This document shows, piece by piece, positions 26,601-36,784 of a DNA stretch of 64,000 nt. The number at the start of each line of letters is the position of its first letter. Positions within the stretch are counted from its first letter, which is position 1. Under the pieces are notes generated by a model. It ran no database searches. It worked only from the letters and a program-made list of their open reading frames with translations, and had not been told where the DNA came from. The DNA is from Rhodothermia bacterium (GTDB taxonomy: Bacteria > Bacteroidota > Rhodothermia > Rhodothermales > JAAAOL01). Both the position numbers and the translations under genes were made by a program. The DNA is taken from assembly GCA_030428385.1 (NCBI GenBank), contig JAUIDY010000017.1:48-64047 (forward strand). The letters are read 5' to 3'.

Positions 26601-27803
26601 TCATCGCAACTGCACCACATACGCCGCGCCCGGCTCCTGCTCAGACGCCCGCCCGATGAGCGCCAGCGAACCCTCGATGTCGATGTCGGTGCCAAAGGCC
26701 ACCTCGCCGATGTCTACAATGTGCTGCTGTTCCCATGCTTCGGCGGTGGGGTTGTAGGCAAAGACATACACGACGCGGTCGATGTTGAAGTCCTGCCCCA
26801 GTTGCTCGTCGTAGCCTGCAATCAGGGCCCGGTTGCCGTTGAGCGAGACGGCAGAGCCAAATGCACCGTGGTCGTAGGGTGTCACGGGATTGAGCACAGC
26901 GCTTTGCTGCCAGGTGCCGGTGGAATCGCGCCGGTACATGCTGGCTTCGCCCACATCGTTTGTCCCGGCCTTACTTTCACCTACGAGCAGACGGTCGCCG
27001 TCCAGCGCCAGCGTGATAAAGAAGTCGTCGATGCCACCAAAGCGAGCGGCCTGCTCCCACATCCCAGACGCCGGGTCGCGCTCGAAGATGTACACCGAGC
27101 CCGGCGCGTTTCGGAAATACGTGGAGGCCGTGATCGCCGCGCGGTCGCCATCCAGCACCGCGTTGCCGCCGAAGACGCCAAAGGCGGGACCCCGGCTTCC
27201 CGTGAACCGCGCCACCTGCTCCCATTGCCCCGTCTTGGGACTCGGCTCGAAGATGTAGGCCGCACCGCCATATTTGCCATCCGACGGGTCGCCCCAGGAG
27301 GTAATCAAGGCGCGGTCGCCATCCAGCGCGACCGACGCGGCAAACGCACCCTCGTCAACGGTTGGATCGACGGTGAGGCGGGCGATTTGCGTCCACGCCC
27401 CCGTGGTGTCTTGCTCAAAGAGATAGGCCGCGTTGGAAGCGGCGGAGGCAAAAAAATCGGCGGAGGCAGCGATCAGCGCCCGGTTGCCACTCAGCGCCAC
27501 CGAGCGCCCGAAGAATTCGCCCGACAGGCACACGCTCGGCGTCAGGCGCGCAGTCTGCATCCACGTGTTCGTGCTGTCGCGCTCGAAGACATACGCCGCG
27601 CCTGCGTTGTCGCCGCATATTTCCTCGCCGCTGGCTCCCACCAGCGCCCGGTCGCCGTCAATCGACACCGCCACGCCAAAGAAGTTACCCCGTGTGGTGT
27701 CTGGGTGCGGCAGCTTGTCGATCTGGGCTAACGCCGATGGCGCACTACCCGTTACTAGGACAAGCACCATCAGCAAAGCAACAAAAGGAGAAAAGCGAGA
27801 CAT
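26601..27803 (-). CDS. Secreted FG-GAP-like repeat protein (predicted 7-bladed beta-propeller)
   Basis: ATG at 27803 (MSRFSPFVALLMVLVLVTGSAPSALAQ). Seven repeats of the F(F)G.SVALDGDRAL(V/I) type, for example FFGVAVSIDGDRALVGA, FFGRSVALSGNRALIAA and AFGSAVSLNGNRALIAG. Confidence 0.75.
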   Translation of the reverse strand: MSRFSPFVALLMVLVLVTGSAPSALAQIDKLPHPDTTRGNFFGVAVSIDGDRALVGASGEEICGDNAGAAYVFERDSTNTWMQTARLTPSVCLSGEFFGRSVALSGNRALIAASADFFASAASNAAYLFEQDTTGAWTQIARLTVDPTVDEGAFAASVALDGDRALITSWGDPSDGKYGGAAYIFEPSPKTGQWEQVARFTGSRGPAFGVFGGNAVLDGDRAAITASTYFRNAPGSVYIFERDPASGMWEQAARFGGIDDFFITLALDGDRLLVGESKAGTNDVGEASMYRRDSTGTWQQSAVLNPVTPYDHGAFGSAVSLNGNRALIAGYDEQLGQDFNIDRVVYVFAYNPTAEAWEQQHIVDIGEVAFGTDIDIEGSLALIGRASEQEPGAAYVVQLR

Positions 27804-27820
27804 ATAAAAAAGCAAAAATC

Positions 27821-28882
27821 TTACGCTGCAGCCGACTTCCACGCCTCGAAGGCTTGCGCCAGCGACGCCTCGAAGGCGTCAGGCGCATCCACCGCAAACT
27901 GAAGACGGGAGATCGTTTTTTGATATCCATACAATCCGTGTGCCACCACGGGCTCCGTCAGCGTGAGCAAATACTGCGGCGCGCCGAGGGGTGTCACATT
28001 AAGGAGATGCGTGGTTTTACGCGGAAGGGGATACTCGTGCGCCCGCCAAACCGCATCAATGGCCGAAAACGGGACGTGGATGGTCCATCGCAGCCCCGAA
28101 CGGACCACCACGCCCTCGGAACCCACCGTAATAGGGCGGAGCCGCGCCGCCTGAATCTCGGCGAGGCCCCATAACATACCATAGGCGCTGAGCCCGGTCA
28201 GCACCCACGCTGCCACCGCGCTCCACTGCTGCACCAGCACATGCACCGCCACCATTTCGACACAGGCAGCGACCAGTATTGCGGTCACCACCACGCCATA
28301 GCTACTCCGCCGGTGCGAGGAAAAGCACGGCGCTCCCTGCGGTGTTGCACGCCGCCATCCCGTCAGGGCGTAGGCAAACACACTCAGTTCATACGCCACC
28401 ACGTTGGCCGCCCAGGGAACGGGAATGACCTCACGCACCCCCGCCATCATGGCTTCCAGCAAATCGGCATTGGCAGAGCGTGTCCGTAGCTGTTGGGCGA
28501 TACGATACGCCCGGTGGCCGAGCACGCCCAACACCAGCAGTTCGATCGGTGCTGCGAGGTAACCCAATAAGTGCAACGCGGCCTGATGGTCAGCCGGGAT
28601 GAGTTGGTGTGCCACCAACATGCTCCCCACAAAAACGGGCACGACGGTAATCCACGACCATCCCTGCCACCGGACGACCAGGCCATAAAAGAGCAATGGC
28701 ACCAGCACCACCAGATCAAACGTCAGCGCCGCCGCCAACACGTCGGGCTTGGGGGTTTGTGCGATGATGCCTACCACATAAACCGCCGTGGCATACACCA
28801 GCAACGTAACCAGAAAAAACAACAACAGCGGCAGGCGAAGGCGGAGCATAAACAGGGAAAAGGACTGCGTCAGGGCAGGCAT
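27821..28882 (-). CDS. Polytopic membrane protein of unknown function with a soluble C-terminal domain
   Basis: Start moved to the ATG at 28882 (MPALTQSFSLFMLRLRLPLLLFF...), which removes an R/S-rich extension and the overlap with the yjbR-like gene. Several hydrophobic helices. The stop lies 17 nt upstream of the FG-GAP gene start. Confidence 0.55.
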   Translation of the reverse strand: MPALTQSFSLFMLRLRLPLLLFFLVTLLVYATAVYVVGIIAQTPKPDVLAAALTFDLVVLVPLLFYGLVVRWQGWSWITVVPVFVGSMLVAHQLIPADHQAALHLLGYLAAPIELLVLGVLGHRAYRIAQQLRTRSANADLLEAMMAGVREVIPVPWAANVVAYELSVFAYALTGWRRATPQGAPCFSSHRRSSYGVVVTAILVAACVEMVAVHVLVQQWSAVAAWVLTGLSAYGMLWGLAEIQAARLRPITVGSEGVVVRSGLRWTIHVPFSAIDAVWRAHEYPLPRKTTHLLNVTPLGAPQYLLTLTEPVVAHGLYGYQKTISRLQFAVDAPDAFEASLAQAFEAWKSAAA

Positions 28883-29022
28883 GGTACCCGCCGACCGGGC
28901 GTTGTGTTGCGAACCGTCGGTCTGCGTAGCGCCGGTGGTGTTGCGAACCGGCTTCGTCCCCTGGAATGGCCTTGGTGTGCCCCGTATCTTTCCACCTCTT
29001 CGCCACCTGCTGCTGCTTGCTG

Positions 29023-29385
29023 ATGACGCTCGACTCCTTCCGCGACTACTGCCTCGCCAAGCCGGGCACCACCGAGGAATTGCCATTCGGCCCCGATGTG
29101 CTTGTCTTCAAAGTGAAGGGCAAGATGTATGCGACCCTGTCCCTCGACGATATTCCGCCGCGTGTCAACTTAAAATGTGACCCCGAAGAAGCCGTGGCGT
29201 TGCGCGACCGCTACGAGGCGGTGGTACCCGGCTATCACATGAACAAAAAACACTGGAACACCGTCATCCTGAACGGCTCCGTCCCGCTGGCGGTGCTTCG
29301 GGACATGATCGAGCAGTCGTACGCGCTGGTTGTCGCCAAGCTCAAAAAAGCCGACCGAGAATCCCTCAACCTGACGCCTTCATGA
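29023..29385 (+). CDS. MmcQ/YjbR family DNA-binding protein
   Basis: FRDYCLAKPGTTEELPFGPDVLVFKVKGKMYA...VNLKCDPEEA...PGYHMNKKHWNTVILNG. ATG at 29023. Confidence 0.8.
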   Translation: MTLDSFRDYCLAKPGTTEELPFGPDVLVFKVKGKMYATLSLDDIPPRVNLKCDPEEAVALRDRYEAVVPGYHMNKKHWNTVILNGSVPLAVLRDMIEQSYALVVAKLKKADRESLNLTPS

Positions 29386-29870
29386 AAACACTGCTTCCTC
29401 TGTTGCTGCTCGTGGGCCTCAGTGCCTGCCACACCATCACTCCACGCGGCACCGACCACGACCTCGCGGCCACGCTGATCGCCCTGGAACGCACCTGGGC
29501 CGAAGCAGAACTCGCCGCCGACACCACTACGATGCGCCGCCTGCTGGCCGATGACCTCGTGGCGACCACGTTTTATGGCGTCATGATTCAAGACGTCGAT
29601 GCGGTGGTTGCCGCCCCGCTTGACCCGGCCCTTTCCCTCCGCACCATCCAACAGTCGGATCTGCAGGTCAAGCGTCTTGGCCCCGACCTGGCGATGGTAA
29701 CCGGCCGGGCTGACATGGACTGGGCCTTTAACAACACGCCCCTCCCTGCTGCGATGCGGTACACCCGTCTTTACCAGCACCAGCGCGGCACCTGGAAAGT
29801 CATCGCCGTGCATGTGTCTCCCGTCGTAAACCCCCTGCGCGTGGCCACTGCCGAGGGCGATGGGGCCTAA
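29382..29870 (+). CDS. DUF4440/SnoaL-like (NTF2 fold) lipoprotein
   Basis: Lipobox LLLLVGLSAC|H. LERTWAEAELAADTTTMRRLLADDLV...YTRLYQHQRGTWKVIAVHVS. The start overlaps the upstream stop (ATGA). Confidence 0.7.
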   Translation: MKTLLPLLLLVGLSACHTITPRGTDHDLAATLIALERTWAEAELAADTTTMRRLLADDLVATTFYGVMIQDVDAVVAAPLDPALSLRTIQQSDLQVKRLGPDLAMVTGRADMDWAFNNTPLPAAMRYTRLYQHQRGTWKVIAVHVSPVVNPLRVATAEGDGA

Positions 29871-30330
29871 CTTTTCAGGTCTGCTAAAAATCACGTACTT
29901 CCCGGAACGCCTATTTTCGAACGGGCGTTTTCCCTCTCGCAAGGTATTGCCATTTGGAAAACGGAAGGCTTTAGATTGGAACGGTCTTGGCATAGCCCCG
30001 TGCTATAAACGTCCCGCTATTTTTTTCCAGCATCCCGAAGACCAAACAGGCGCAGATTTTGGTTGCTCAAGACCTGCTTTTTGGCGTTCTTCGTGATGAT
30101 TGATTTTTTCTGGTCGCCTTCCCCAACGCCAGTGAAGGGAAAAAACTGGATTCCTTTGATCGATCCCTCAGGGTTTGCCCCGAGACAGGTCATTGACCAC
30201 CTGCTGGACGCCCCTACCACCTACCGGGTTGGCGCAACCAGCCCCTTCGTTAAACGGTCTCTTACTCGTCCGATTTTCTCGCACTGAAAGATCCGATGTC
30301 TCGCTTAGCGACTCGGAATGGAATGGAACG

Positions 30331-32076
30331 ATGCAATTTCAACAAGCACCCCCTGCCCTTGGTAACCAGTACGACCACGACCGTGTCTTACGCTCGTATC
30401 TCAAGCGGGTGTTGCCCGAGGAAGTCTTGACGGCTATTGAAGACAGCTTGCAGGGCATGGGTGCCCTTGCTGCGGGGCCTTTGCTCGATTTACAACGTGC
30501 CGAGCGCGGCAAGGAGCCAATCCTCACCCAGTGGGACGCCTGGGGAAACCGCATCGACCGGGTGGAAACGACGCCGCTGTGGAAAGAAGCCGAACGCATC
30601 GCGGCAGAAACCGGACTGGTATCCACAGCCTACGAGCATCTCCACGGGCGGTACTCCCGCGTGCACCACTTTGCCAAGGTGTTTCTCTTTACCCCGTCGA
30701 GCGATGGCTTTGCCAGCCCGCTGGCCATGACGGACGGCACCACCCGCACCCTGCTGGCCTCCGGCAACGACACGCTGATGGAGCAGGCCGTCCCACACCT
30801 GGCTTCGCGCAACCCGGAGCAGTTCTGGACGAGCGGCTACTGGATGACGACCCTCGCTAAAAAGGAGGAAGACCGCGGCCAGGAAACGGTGGCCCGCCTC
30901 AATGAGGACGGCACCTGGCGACTCTATGGGCGCAAGTGGTACACGTCAGATATTACCACCCAAGTGGCGTTGGTGCTGGCCCGCCCCGAAGACCTGGACG
31001 ACCTCGCGCTGTTTTACGTGAAGCTGCGCGATGATGACGGCAACCTGCAAAACATCCAGATCCACCGGCTGAAAGACAAGCTGGGCACCCGCAAGCTGCC
31101 CTCCGCCGAACTGACCCTGGATGGCACGCCGGCCCAGTTAGTGGGCGACCTCGACGATGGGCTGCGCCAACTCGCGCCGATGCTCAACATCACCCGCACG
31201 TGGAACGCGGTTTCGGCGGTCGCCACCATGCGCCGGGGGCTGGCGCTGGCGCGGGATTATGCCCAAAAACGGGTGGACAACGGCACGCCCCTCTCGGAAA
31301 ACCCCTTGCACCTTGATACGATGGCGGGCCTCCAGGCCGAGTTTGAGGGAGCGTTTCACCTCACCTTCCGCGTCATTGAACTGATCGGGCGGCTGGAGGC
31401 AGGCGGCCTGAACGACGAGCAACGCACCCTCGTCGAGTTGCTCCTGAACGTGCTCACGTCTGCAATGAAACTGACGACCGCGAAGCAGGCCGTAACCGTG
31501 ACCAGTGAAGTGCTGGAACTGTTTGGTGGTGCGGGCTACATGGAAGACACGGGCCTGCCCGCGCTGCTCCGCGACGCCCAGGTACTCACCATCGGCGAAG
31601 GCACCACCAACGAGGTGGCGCTCGACCTCCTGGATGCGCTGGAGCAAGCAGGCGGCATGGTGATCCTCAAGGCGGAGCAGAAACGCTGCGCCGCAGCAGT
31701 CCGCGAGCCGAGCCTCGTGGAAGCTGTGGAACGCGCCCAGCAAGCCCTGTCGTTCTGCGCCATCTGGCTACGCGGAGCAAAAGACAACCCCGACGCCCTC
31801 AACGCAGGCGCACGGCGGTTCGCCATCACGCTGGGCCGCAGCCTCGAACTGGCACTGTTGGCCCGCCATGCACAATGGTCACTCGACAACGAGCAAGACG
31901 GACGCGCTGCCGCCGCCGCCCGCCGCCTCGCCGCTGGCACCGACCCCATGGCGACCATCCGTCCCATCGACTCCTACGCCCTCGCAAACGATACCCCCCT
32001 CACCGCCGACGCCGAAGCCAGTGCCGACGGGGCCGTCGAAGAAATCGACCTGGAGTTGCTGCTCCCTGGCGAATAG
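30331..32076 (+). CDS. Acyl-CoA dehydrogenase family protein, AidB-like
   Basis: ATG at 30331 (MQFQQAPPALGNQY...). IHRLKDKLGTRKLPSAELTLDG matches AidB LERLKDKLGNRSNASCEVEF. LELFGGAGYMEDTGLPALLRDAQVLTIGEGTTNE. Confidence 0.8.
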   Translation: MQFQQAPPALGNQYDHDRVLRSYLKRVLPEEVLTAIEDSLQGMGALAAGPLLDLQRAERGKEPILTQWDAWGNRIDRVETTPLWKEAERIAAETGLVSTAYEHLHGRYSRVHHFAKVFLFTPSSDGFASPLAMTDGTTRTLLASGNDTLMEQAVPHLASRNPEQFWTSGYWMTTLAKKEEDRGQETVARLNEDGTWRLYGRKWYTSDITTQVALVLARPEDLDDLALFYVKLRDDDGNLQNIQIHRLKDKLGTRKLPSAELTLDGTPAQLVGDLDDGLRQLAPMLNITRTWNAVSAVATMRRGLALARDYAQKRVDNGTPLSENPLHLDTMAGLQAEFEGAFHLTFRVIELIGRLEAGGLNDEQRTLVELLLNVLTSAMKLTTAKQAVTVTSEVLELFGGAGYMEDTGLPALLRDAQVLTIGEGTTNEVALDLLDALEQAGGMVILKAEQKRCAAAVREPSLVEAVERAQQALSFCAIWLRGAKDNPDALNAGARRFAITLGRSLELALLARHAQWSLDNEQDGRAAAAARRLAAGTDPMATIRPIDSYALANDTPLTADAEASADGAVEEIDLELLLPGE

Positions 32077-32135
32077 CGCTTGCCTGATATCCACATTACT
32101 CCCACACCTCCACACTCCCTTACCCCATACGCTAG

Positions 32136-33338
32136 CTAGAACACCTCGCGTTCCACCGCAAACGGAACGAAGGTGTCCGATCCGGTGGGAATGGTGGCAA
32201 TGCCATCGGGTAAGGGCAGGCTGGGGAGATGGAGGGTTCGTGCTTCTCCGTTCGGTAGCGGATTGGGTTCGGCCCAGCGGGTGCCGCGCGGGGTTTTCAT
32301 GATGACATGGTCGCCCGCCCGCCCCTGCACATAGCTGCGCGTGAGCGGCACCTTGCCATACGGCGTGTCGAGCACGTATTTCGGGATGGCAAAACCCGTC
32401 GTGGTGCCCTGCAACGCCTCCATCAGTTCCATGCCTTTCTCGATAGACGTACGCAGGTGGGCCGTCCCGCCGATAAGTTGCGCTTGGTACAAATAATAGG
32501 GCCGTACCCGTAGCCGCACGAGTCCCTGCGAGAGCGTCCGCAGCGTCTCCGCGTCGTCGTTGATGCCCCGCAAGAGCACCGTCTGGTTGCCAATGGGGAC
32601 ACCGGCCCGCAGCAAGCGGTCGAGCCCTTCGGCGGCGTCATCCGTCAATTCTTTGGGATGGTTGAAGTGCGTGTTGACCCAGATCGGGTGGTACTGCTGC
32701 AACAGCGCACACAGGTCGTCGGTGATACGAAACGGCAGCTTCACCGGCATGCGTGTACCTAGGCGGATGACCTCCACATGCGGAATGGCACGCAGGCGGC
32801 TGAGCAGCCAATCGAGGTGGGCTTCATTAAACGTGAGCGGGTCGCCTCCGGTGAGCAACACGTCGCGGATTTCCGGATGCGCAGCGATGTAGTCGATGGC
32901 GGCCTGATGTTCGGCGCGGCGCATCATAAAGTCGGCGTCGCCCACCATGCGCTTGCGGAGGCAGTAGCGGCAGTAGATGGCGCACTCGCTGGTCACGCAA
33001 AACGCCACCCGGTCGCGGTAGTTGTGGATCAGGTTTTTGACGGGCGAATGCGCGACTTCTTCGAGTGGATCGACGACGCCCACGAGGTCCGGCTCCAGTT
33101 CGTCGAGGCGTGGCACCACCTGCTTGCGGATCGGACAATTCGGATCGTCCTGGTCCATCAGGCGCGCGTAATACGGCGTGATGTTCCACCGAAAAACGGC
33201 TTTGGTGGCCTCAATGGCTGCCAGCTCATCCGCTGTCGGGTTTATGTACTGGCACAGCGTCTCCACATCATGGACGCGGTGTTGCATCTGCCACCGCCAG
33301 TTGCGCCATTGTTTAGCATCAAGATCAGAAGAAGCCAT
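32136..33338 (-). CDS. KamA family radical SAM protein (lysine 2,3-aminomutase-like)
   Basis: WRNWRWQMQHRV N-terminal signature, radical SAM CAIYCRYCLRKR (CxxxCxxC) and LLTGGDPL. Confidence 0.88.
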   Translation of the reverse strand: MASSDLDAKQWRNWRWQMQHRVHDVETLCQYINPTADELAAIEATKAVFRWNITPYYARLMDQDDPNCPIRKQVVPRLDELEPDLVGVVDPLEEVAHSPVKNLIHNYRDRVAFCVTSECAIYCRYCLRKRMVGDADFMMRRAEHQAAIDYIAAHPEIRDVLLTGGDPLTFNEAHLDWLLSRLRAIPHVEVIRLGTRMPVKLPFRITDDLCALLQQYHPIWVNTHFNHPKELTDDAAEGLDRLLRAGVPIGNQTVLLRGINDDAETLRTLSQGLVRLRVRPYYLYQAQLIGGTAHLRTSIEKGMELMEALQGTTTGFAIPKYVLDTPYGKVPLTRSYVQGRAGDHVIMKTPRGTRWAEPNPLPNGEARTLHLPSLPLPDGIATIPTGSDTFVPFAVEREVF

Positions 33339-33669
33339 TTGTAAAATTGCAGAATCAAGAACAAGCCTCTGCGTTCAGGTTGCATTCCATACCGCGTATA
33401 TAAAGTAACCAAGCGGCTGTTCAGGTTTTTAGTTTGCAGGCGAACACGAGGCGTTTGGAGAGGGATTGGCCATCGGTTGTCAGGCGCATAGCAGCGCTAC
33501 GGACCAATCCAACAAAGACCAAGAGGACCGCAAGGACCGCGCGCAGCCCAACAGCATAAACTTGAACCGCCGCTAAAAAAGTTCTGTCCTAACAGGTTTT
33601 CAACAATCGCTTCGAGATGAGCCGTAAGTATACGGTAATCTCCTCACAGACTCCCGGTTCGAGCCTCTA

Positions 33670-34248
33670 CTATTGGTTCTCAAGTCCATGACCAAGCGCC
33701 GCTAAATACGTCTGCCCCAGCGAAAGAAAAACTTCGAACGGCTCGTCAATGCTCCACTCATGATACGCCGTCCCGACGGCCGCCGTCGCGACGTTGACCT
33801 GCATCCGGGCAGACGGTTGCGCCGAGGCAGGCACACGGGCTTCGGCCCATGCCTGAAGCTCGTCGGTCCCGGGGCTCGTGGCGGCATAGAGTGCCTGGGC
33901 CATTTCAGGGGCCGTATCCTCGACGCGTTTCAGGACGAGGAGCCAGTCACGCCCCACCTCCATGCATGTCAGAATCACAACCGTGAGCGATGTCCACAGT
34001 GGCTCGTCCTGCGGACGCTCATCACGAATCTGCCGCCACGCATCGGTGAGGTCCAGGTCCGGCTGGAGCAGGATGGCCTCCTTGCTCGGGAAGTAATTAA
34101 AAACCGTCCGGCGGGACACATTGGCCTCGGCCGCGACCTGCTCGACGTTTACTGCATCATAACCATGTTCGATAAAAAGGTGGCGCGCGGCAGTCCGGAT
34201 TTGCCGCTCCGTCTCGCGTCGTTTGCGTTCTCGGAGGGGGAGGGTCAT
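33670..34248 (-). CDS. TetR/AcrR family transcriptional regulator
   Basis: HTH NVEQVAAEANVSRRTVFNYFPSKEAIL. Divergent from the GH3 gene. Confidence 0.85.
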   Translation of the reverse strand: MTLPLRERKRRETERQIRTAARHLFIEHGYDAVNVEQVAAEANVSRRTVFNYFPSKEAILLQPDLDLTDAWRQIRDERPQDEPLWTSLTVVILTCMEVGRDWLLVLKRVEDTAPEMAQALYAATSPGTDELQAWAEARVPASAQPSARMQVNVATAAVGTAYHEWSIDEPFEVFLSLGQTYLAALGHGLENQ

Positions 34249-34266
34249 AGAAAGAATTAAGAATTA

Positions 34267-34281
34267 TTGCACTTGGTGCAA
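34267..34281. promoter_or_regulatory. 15-bp palindrome TTGCAC-TTG-GTGCAA: candidate operator for the adjacent TetR
   Basis: Perfect 6-3-6 palindrome in the 100-bp divergent gap between the TetR gene (start 34248) and the GH3 gene (start 34349). Confidence 0.5.
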
Positions 34282-34348
34282 ATTTACACGCGATGCATTG
34301 TATCTTGGTTCCATTCAACCATGCGCACACTCATTTCTTCCCAATGCC

Positions 34349-36709
34349 ATGAAACCCCATCTCACCCTCCGGCGGCTCCTGCTTGCTCTTTGCCTGTTTT
34401 TCCTCGCAGTGCCTGCCTCTGCTCAAGGTCTTCCCCAATTCGGCGAGGCACCGCTCGATGACCTCATTGGCGCCATGACGACCGAAGAAAAGGCCCTGTT
34501 ACTCGTCGGGCTCGGGCTCCAAATAGACCTTCCTGGGCTCCCGCCCCTTGACCCGCGTGACGCAGCCCTCCCGGATCCCACCCCGGGCGCGGCGGGAAGA
34601 ACACATCCTGTCGAACGGCTCGGCGTGCCACTCCTTGTCCTCTCCGACGGCCCTGCTGGCGTCCGGATCGACCCTATTCGCGAGGACGACGACCGAACCT
34701 TTTACGCTACGGCTTTTCCCGTAGCGACGCTGCTGGCATCGTCGTGGGATGCTCGCCTCGTTGAAGAAGTAGGTGCCGCTTTTGGCCGTGAAGCGCGCGA
34801 TTTTGGCGTCGATGTCCTGCTCGCTCCCGGCATGAATATCCACCGGAGCCCCCTGGGCGGGCGCAACTTCGAATACTATTCAGAAGACCCCGTCCTCTCA
34901 GGTCGTATCGCCGCCGCGTTCGTGCGCGGTGTCGAGGGCGAGGGTGTGGGCACGTCTGTTAAGCACTTCGCCGCGAACAACCAAGAATGGAACCGGATGC
35001 AACTCGACACACGCCTCTCGGAACGGGCGTTGCGCGAAATTTACCTCCGCGGGTTTGAGATTGCGATCCGAGAGGGTGAGCCCATGACCGTCATGTCGGC
35101 CTACAACCGGATCAACGGGACGTACGCATCGGAAAGCCGCGATCTTCTCATGACGATCCTTCGCGATGAGTGGGGCTTTGACGGTGTTGTTATGACGGAC
35201 TGGTTCGCTGGGAGCGACCCCGTTGCTCAGGTCACGGCCGGGACTGACCTTATCATGCCCGGCAACCGTGCCCAGGCGGCAGCCATTGCCGAGGCGATCG
35301 AGTCGGGAAGACTATCGATGGCTGACCTCGACGCGAGCGTCCGCCGGGTGCTCCGGCTTGCACTCCAGACGCCCGTTGGCCGGGGCGTCGAGCCTTCGGG
35401 GACACCGGACATCGCTGCCGGGCGTGCGGTCTCGCGGCAGGCCGCAACCGAGGGCATGGTGTTGCTGAAAAACGAAGGCGGCGCACTGCCCTTGGCAGAA
35501 GGAGCCCGACTGGCCCTCTTTGGCAATGGCGGCTACCGGCTCATCAAGGGCGGAACGGGAAGTGGTGACGTGAACGTGTCGGACGTGATTGAACTCGATG
35601 ATGCACTCCGCACCGCCGGGTATAGCTTCGATGCCGATCTTGCACGTACCTATGAAAACTATATCGCCCAAATATTGGAAGAACAGGGACCCCCGACACC
35701 CTTCTTCCCTGCTCCTCCGATCCCAGAGAAGCCGCTCGACATCGACGAAATCACTTCGGTGCTTGACGGTGCCGATGCAGCCGTCGTCGTCCTGACGCGG
35801 TCTTCGGGTGAGATTGCCGATCGCGTGGTTGCCGACGATTTTGACCTCACCAATGAGGAGCAGGCGATGCTCCGCGACGTGTCCAGCGCGGCCCGGGCCG
35901 AAGGCCTGCCAGTCGTTGTGGTGCTCAACGTGGGTGGCGTGATTGAGTCCGCCTCGTGGCGCCCGTACGCCGATGCGATCCTGCTCGCGTGGCAGCCGGG
36001 CCAAGATGCAGGCGCTGCCATCACCGATGTGCTCTCGGGCGCCGTGACACCGTCGGGCAAGCTCCCCATGACGTGGCCCATGACCTACACCGATGTGCCC
36101 GCAGCCGAGAGTTGGCCGGGTGAGCTCATCCTACAGGAGGGCGAGGGCCCGGGGGGCGTTGTAGGCATGATGGCTAAGCCGTCACAAACAACCTACACCG
36201 ATGGCCTCTTCGTTGGCTACCGCTACTATGATGCATTCGGGGTCGAGCCGGCCTACCCGTTTGGCTATGGCCTGAGCTACACGACGTTTAGCCTGTCTGA
36301 CGTTGCCCTCGACACGAGCGGTGTGCACCCAACGGTTTCCGTCACCGTGACCAACACGGGCGACGCTCCCGGCCGCGAGGTTGTCCAAGTGTACGTCGCA
36401 TTGCCAAACGGGCAGCTCGTGCATCCAGCCCGTGAACTCCGGACCTTCGCGAAGACACGGCTTCTCCAGCCGGGCGACGCTGAGACCGTCCGGCTCGCCC
36501 TCGCTCCCCGCGACTTTACCTACTACGACACCGAGCAAGCAGCATGGGTGACGCCCTCAGGTTCCTACACCATCACCGTAGGTACCTCATCGCGTGACCT
36601 TCAGAAAGCCGGACAGGTAACGGTGTCGGAGGATCGTCTCGTGGAAAAGGCCACGCCTGTTCTCCGTCCGCAGGTGAAAATCACTGAGCGGACCCCCGCT
36701 GACAGATGA
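34349..36709 (+). CDS. Glycoside hydrolase family 3 (beta-glucosidase/beta-xylosidase, BglX-like); signal peptide, no T9SS domain
   Basis: ATG at 34349 (MKPHLTLRRLLLALCLFFLAVPASAQ). KHFAANNQE, GVVMTDWFAG (nucleophile Asp) and C-terminal FnIII-like PFGYGLSYTTF. Confidence 0.9.
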   Translation: MKPHLTLRRLLLALCLFFLAVPASAQGLPQFGEAPLDDLIGAMTTEEKALLLVGLGLQIDLPGLPPLDPRDAALPDPTPGAAGRTHPVERLGVPLLVLSDGPAGVRIDPIREDDDRTFYATAFPVATLLASSWDARLVEEVGAAFGREARDFGVDVLLAPGMNIHRSPLGGRNFEYYSEDPVLSGRIAAAFVRGVEGEGVGTSVKHFAANNQEWNRMQLDTRLSERALREIYLRGFEIAIREGEPMTVMSAYNRINGTYASESRDLLMTILRDEWGFDGVVMTDWFAGSDPVAQVTAGTDLIMPGNRAQAAAIAEAIESGRLSMADLDASVRRVLRLALQTPVGRGVEPSGTPDIAAGRAVSRQAATEGMVLLKNEGGALPLAEGARLALFGNGGYRLIKGGTGSGDVNVSDVIELDDALRTAGYSFDADLARTYENYIAQILEEQGPPTPFFPAPPIPEKPLDIDEITSVLDGADAAVVVLTRSSGEIADRVVADDFDLTNEEQAMLRDVSSAARAEGLPVVVVLNVGGVIESASWRPYADAILLAWQPGQDAGAAITDVLSGAVTPSGKLPMTWPMTYTDVPAAESWPGELILQEGEGPGGVVGMMAKPSQTTYTDGLFVGYRYYDAFGVEPAYPFGYGLSYTTFSLSDVALDTSGVHPTVSVTVTNTGDAPGREVVQVYVALPNGQLVHPARELRTFAKTRLLQPGDAETVRLALAPRDFTYYDTEQAAWVTPSGSYTITVGTSSRDLQKAGQVTVSEDRLVEKATPVLRPQVKITERTPADR

Positions 36710-36748
36710 TGCGGCGGAGCACGTGTCATGCTCTCCAAACATGGAATG

Positions 36749-36784
36749 ATCAAAGGCCGATGGTTGCGACCGTCGGCCTTTGAT
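36749..36784 (+). terminator. Strong hairpin after the GH3 gene (12-bp perfect stem ATCAAAGGCCGA / TCGGCCTTTGAT)
   Basis: Perfect stem at 36749-36760 / 36773-36784 with a 12-nt loop. No clear T-run, so its terminator function is uncertain. Confidence 0.5.

Noticed and set aside
32136-33338. KamA-family gene considered as part of an N-epsilon-acetyl-beta-lysine osmolyte pathway (ablA/ablB), or as regulated by the adjacent TetR.
   Set aside because: No acetyltransferase (ablB) or other partner gene is adjacent. The TetR gene is oriented toward the GH3 gene and separated from kamA by 330 bp. There is not enough evidence for a system.
33636-33662. GGTTCGAGCC string resembling a tRNA T-arm; possible tRNA or att-site fragment.
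   Set aside because: The flanks cannot form a 5-bp T-stem or an acceptor stem, and there is no anticodon arm. No integrase or other mobile-element gene lies nearby.
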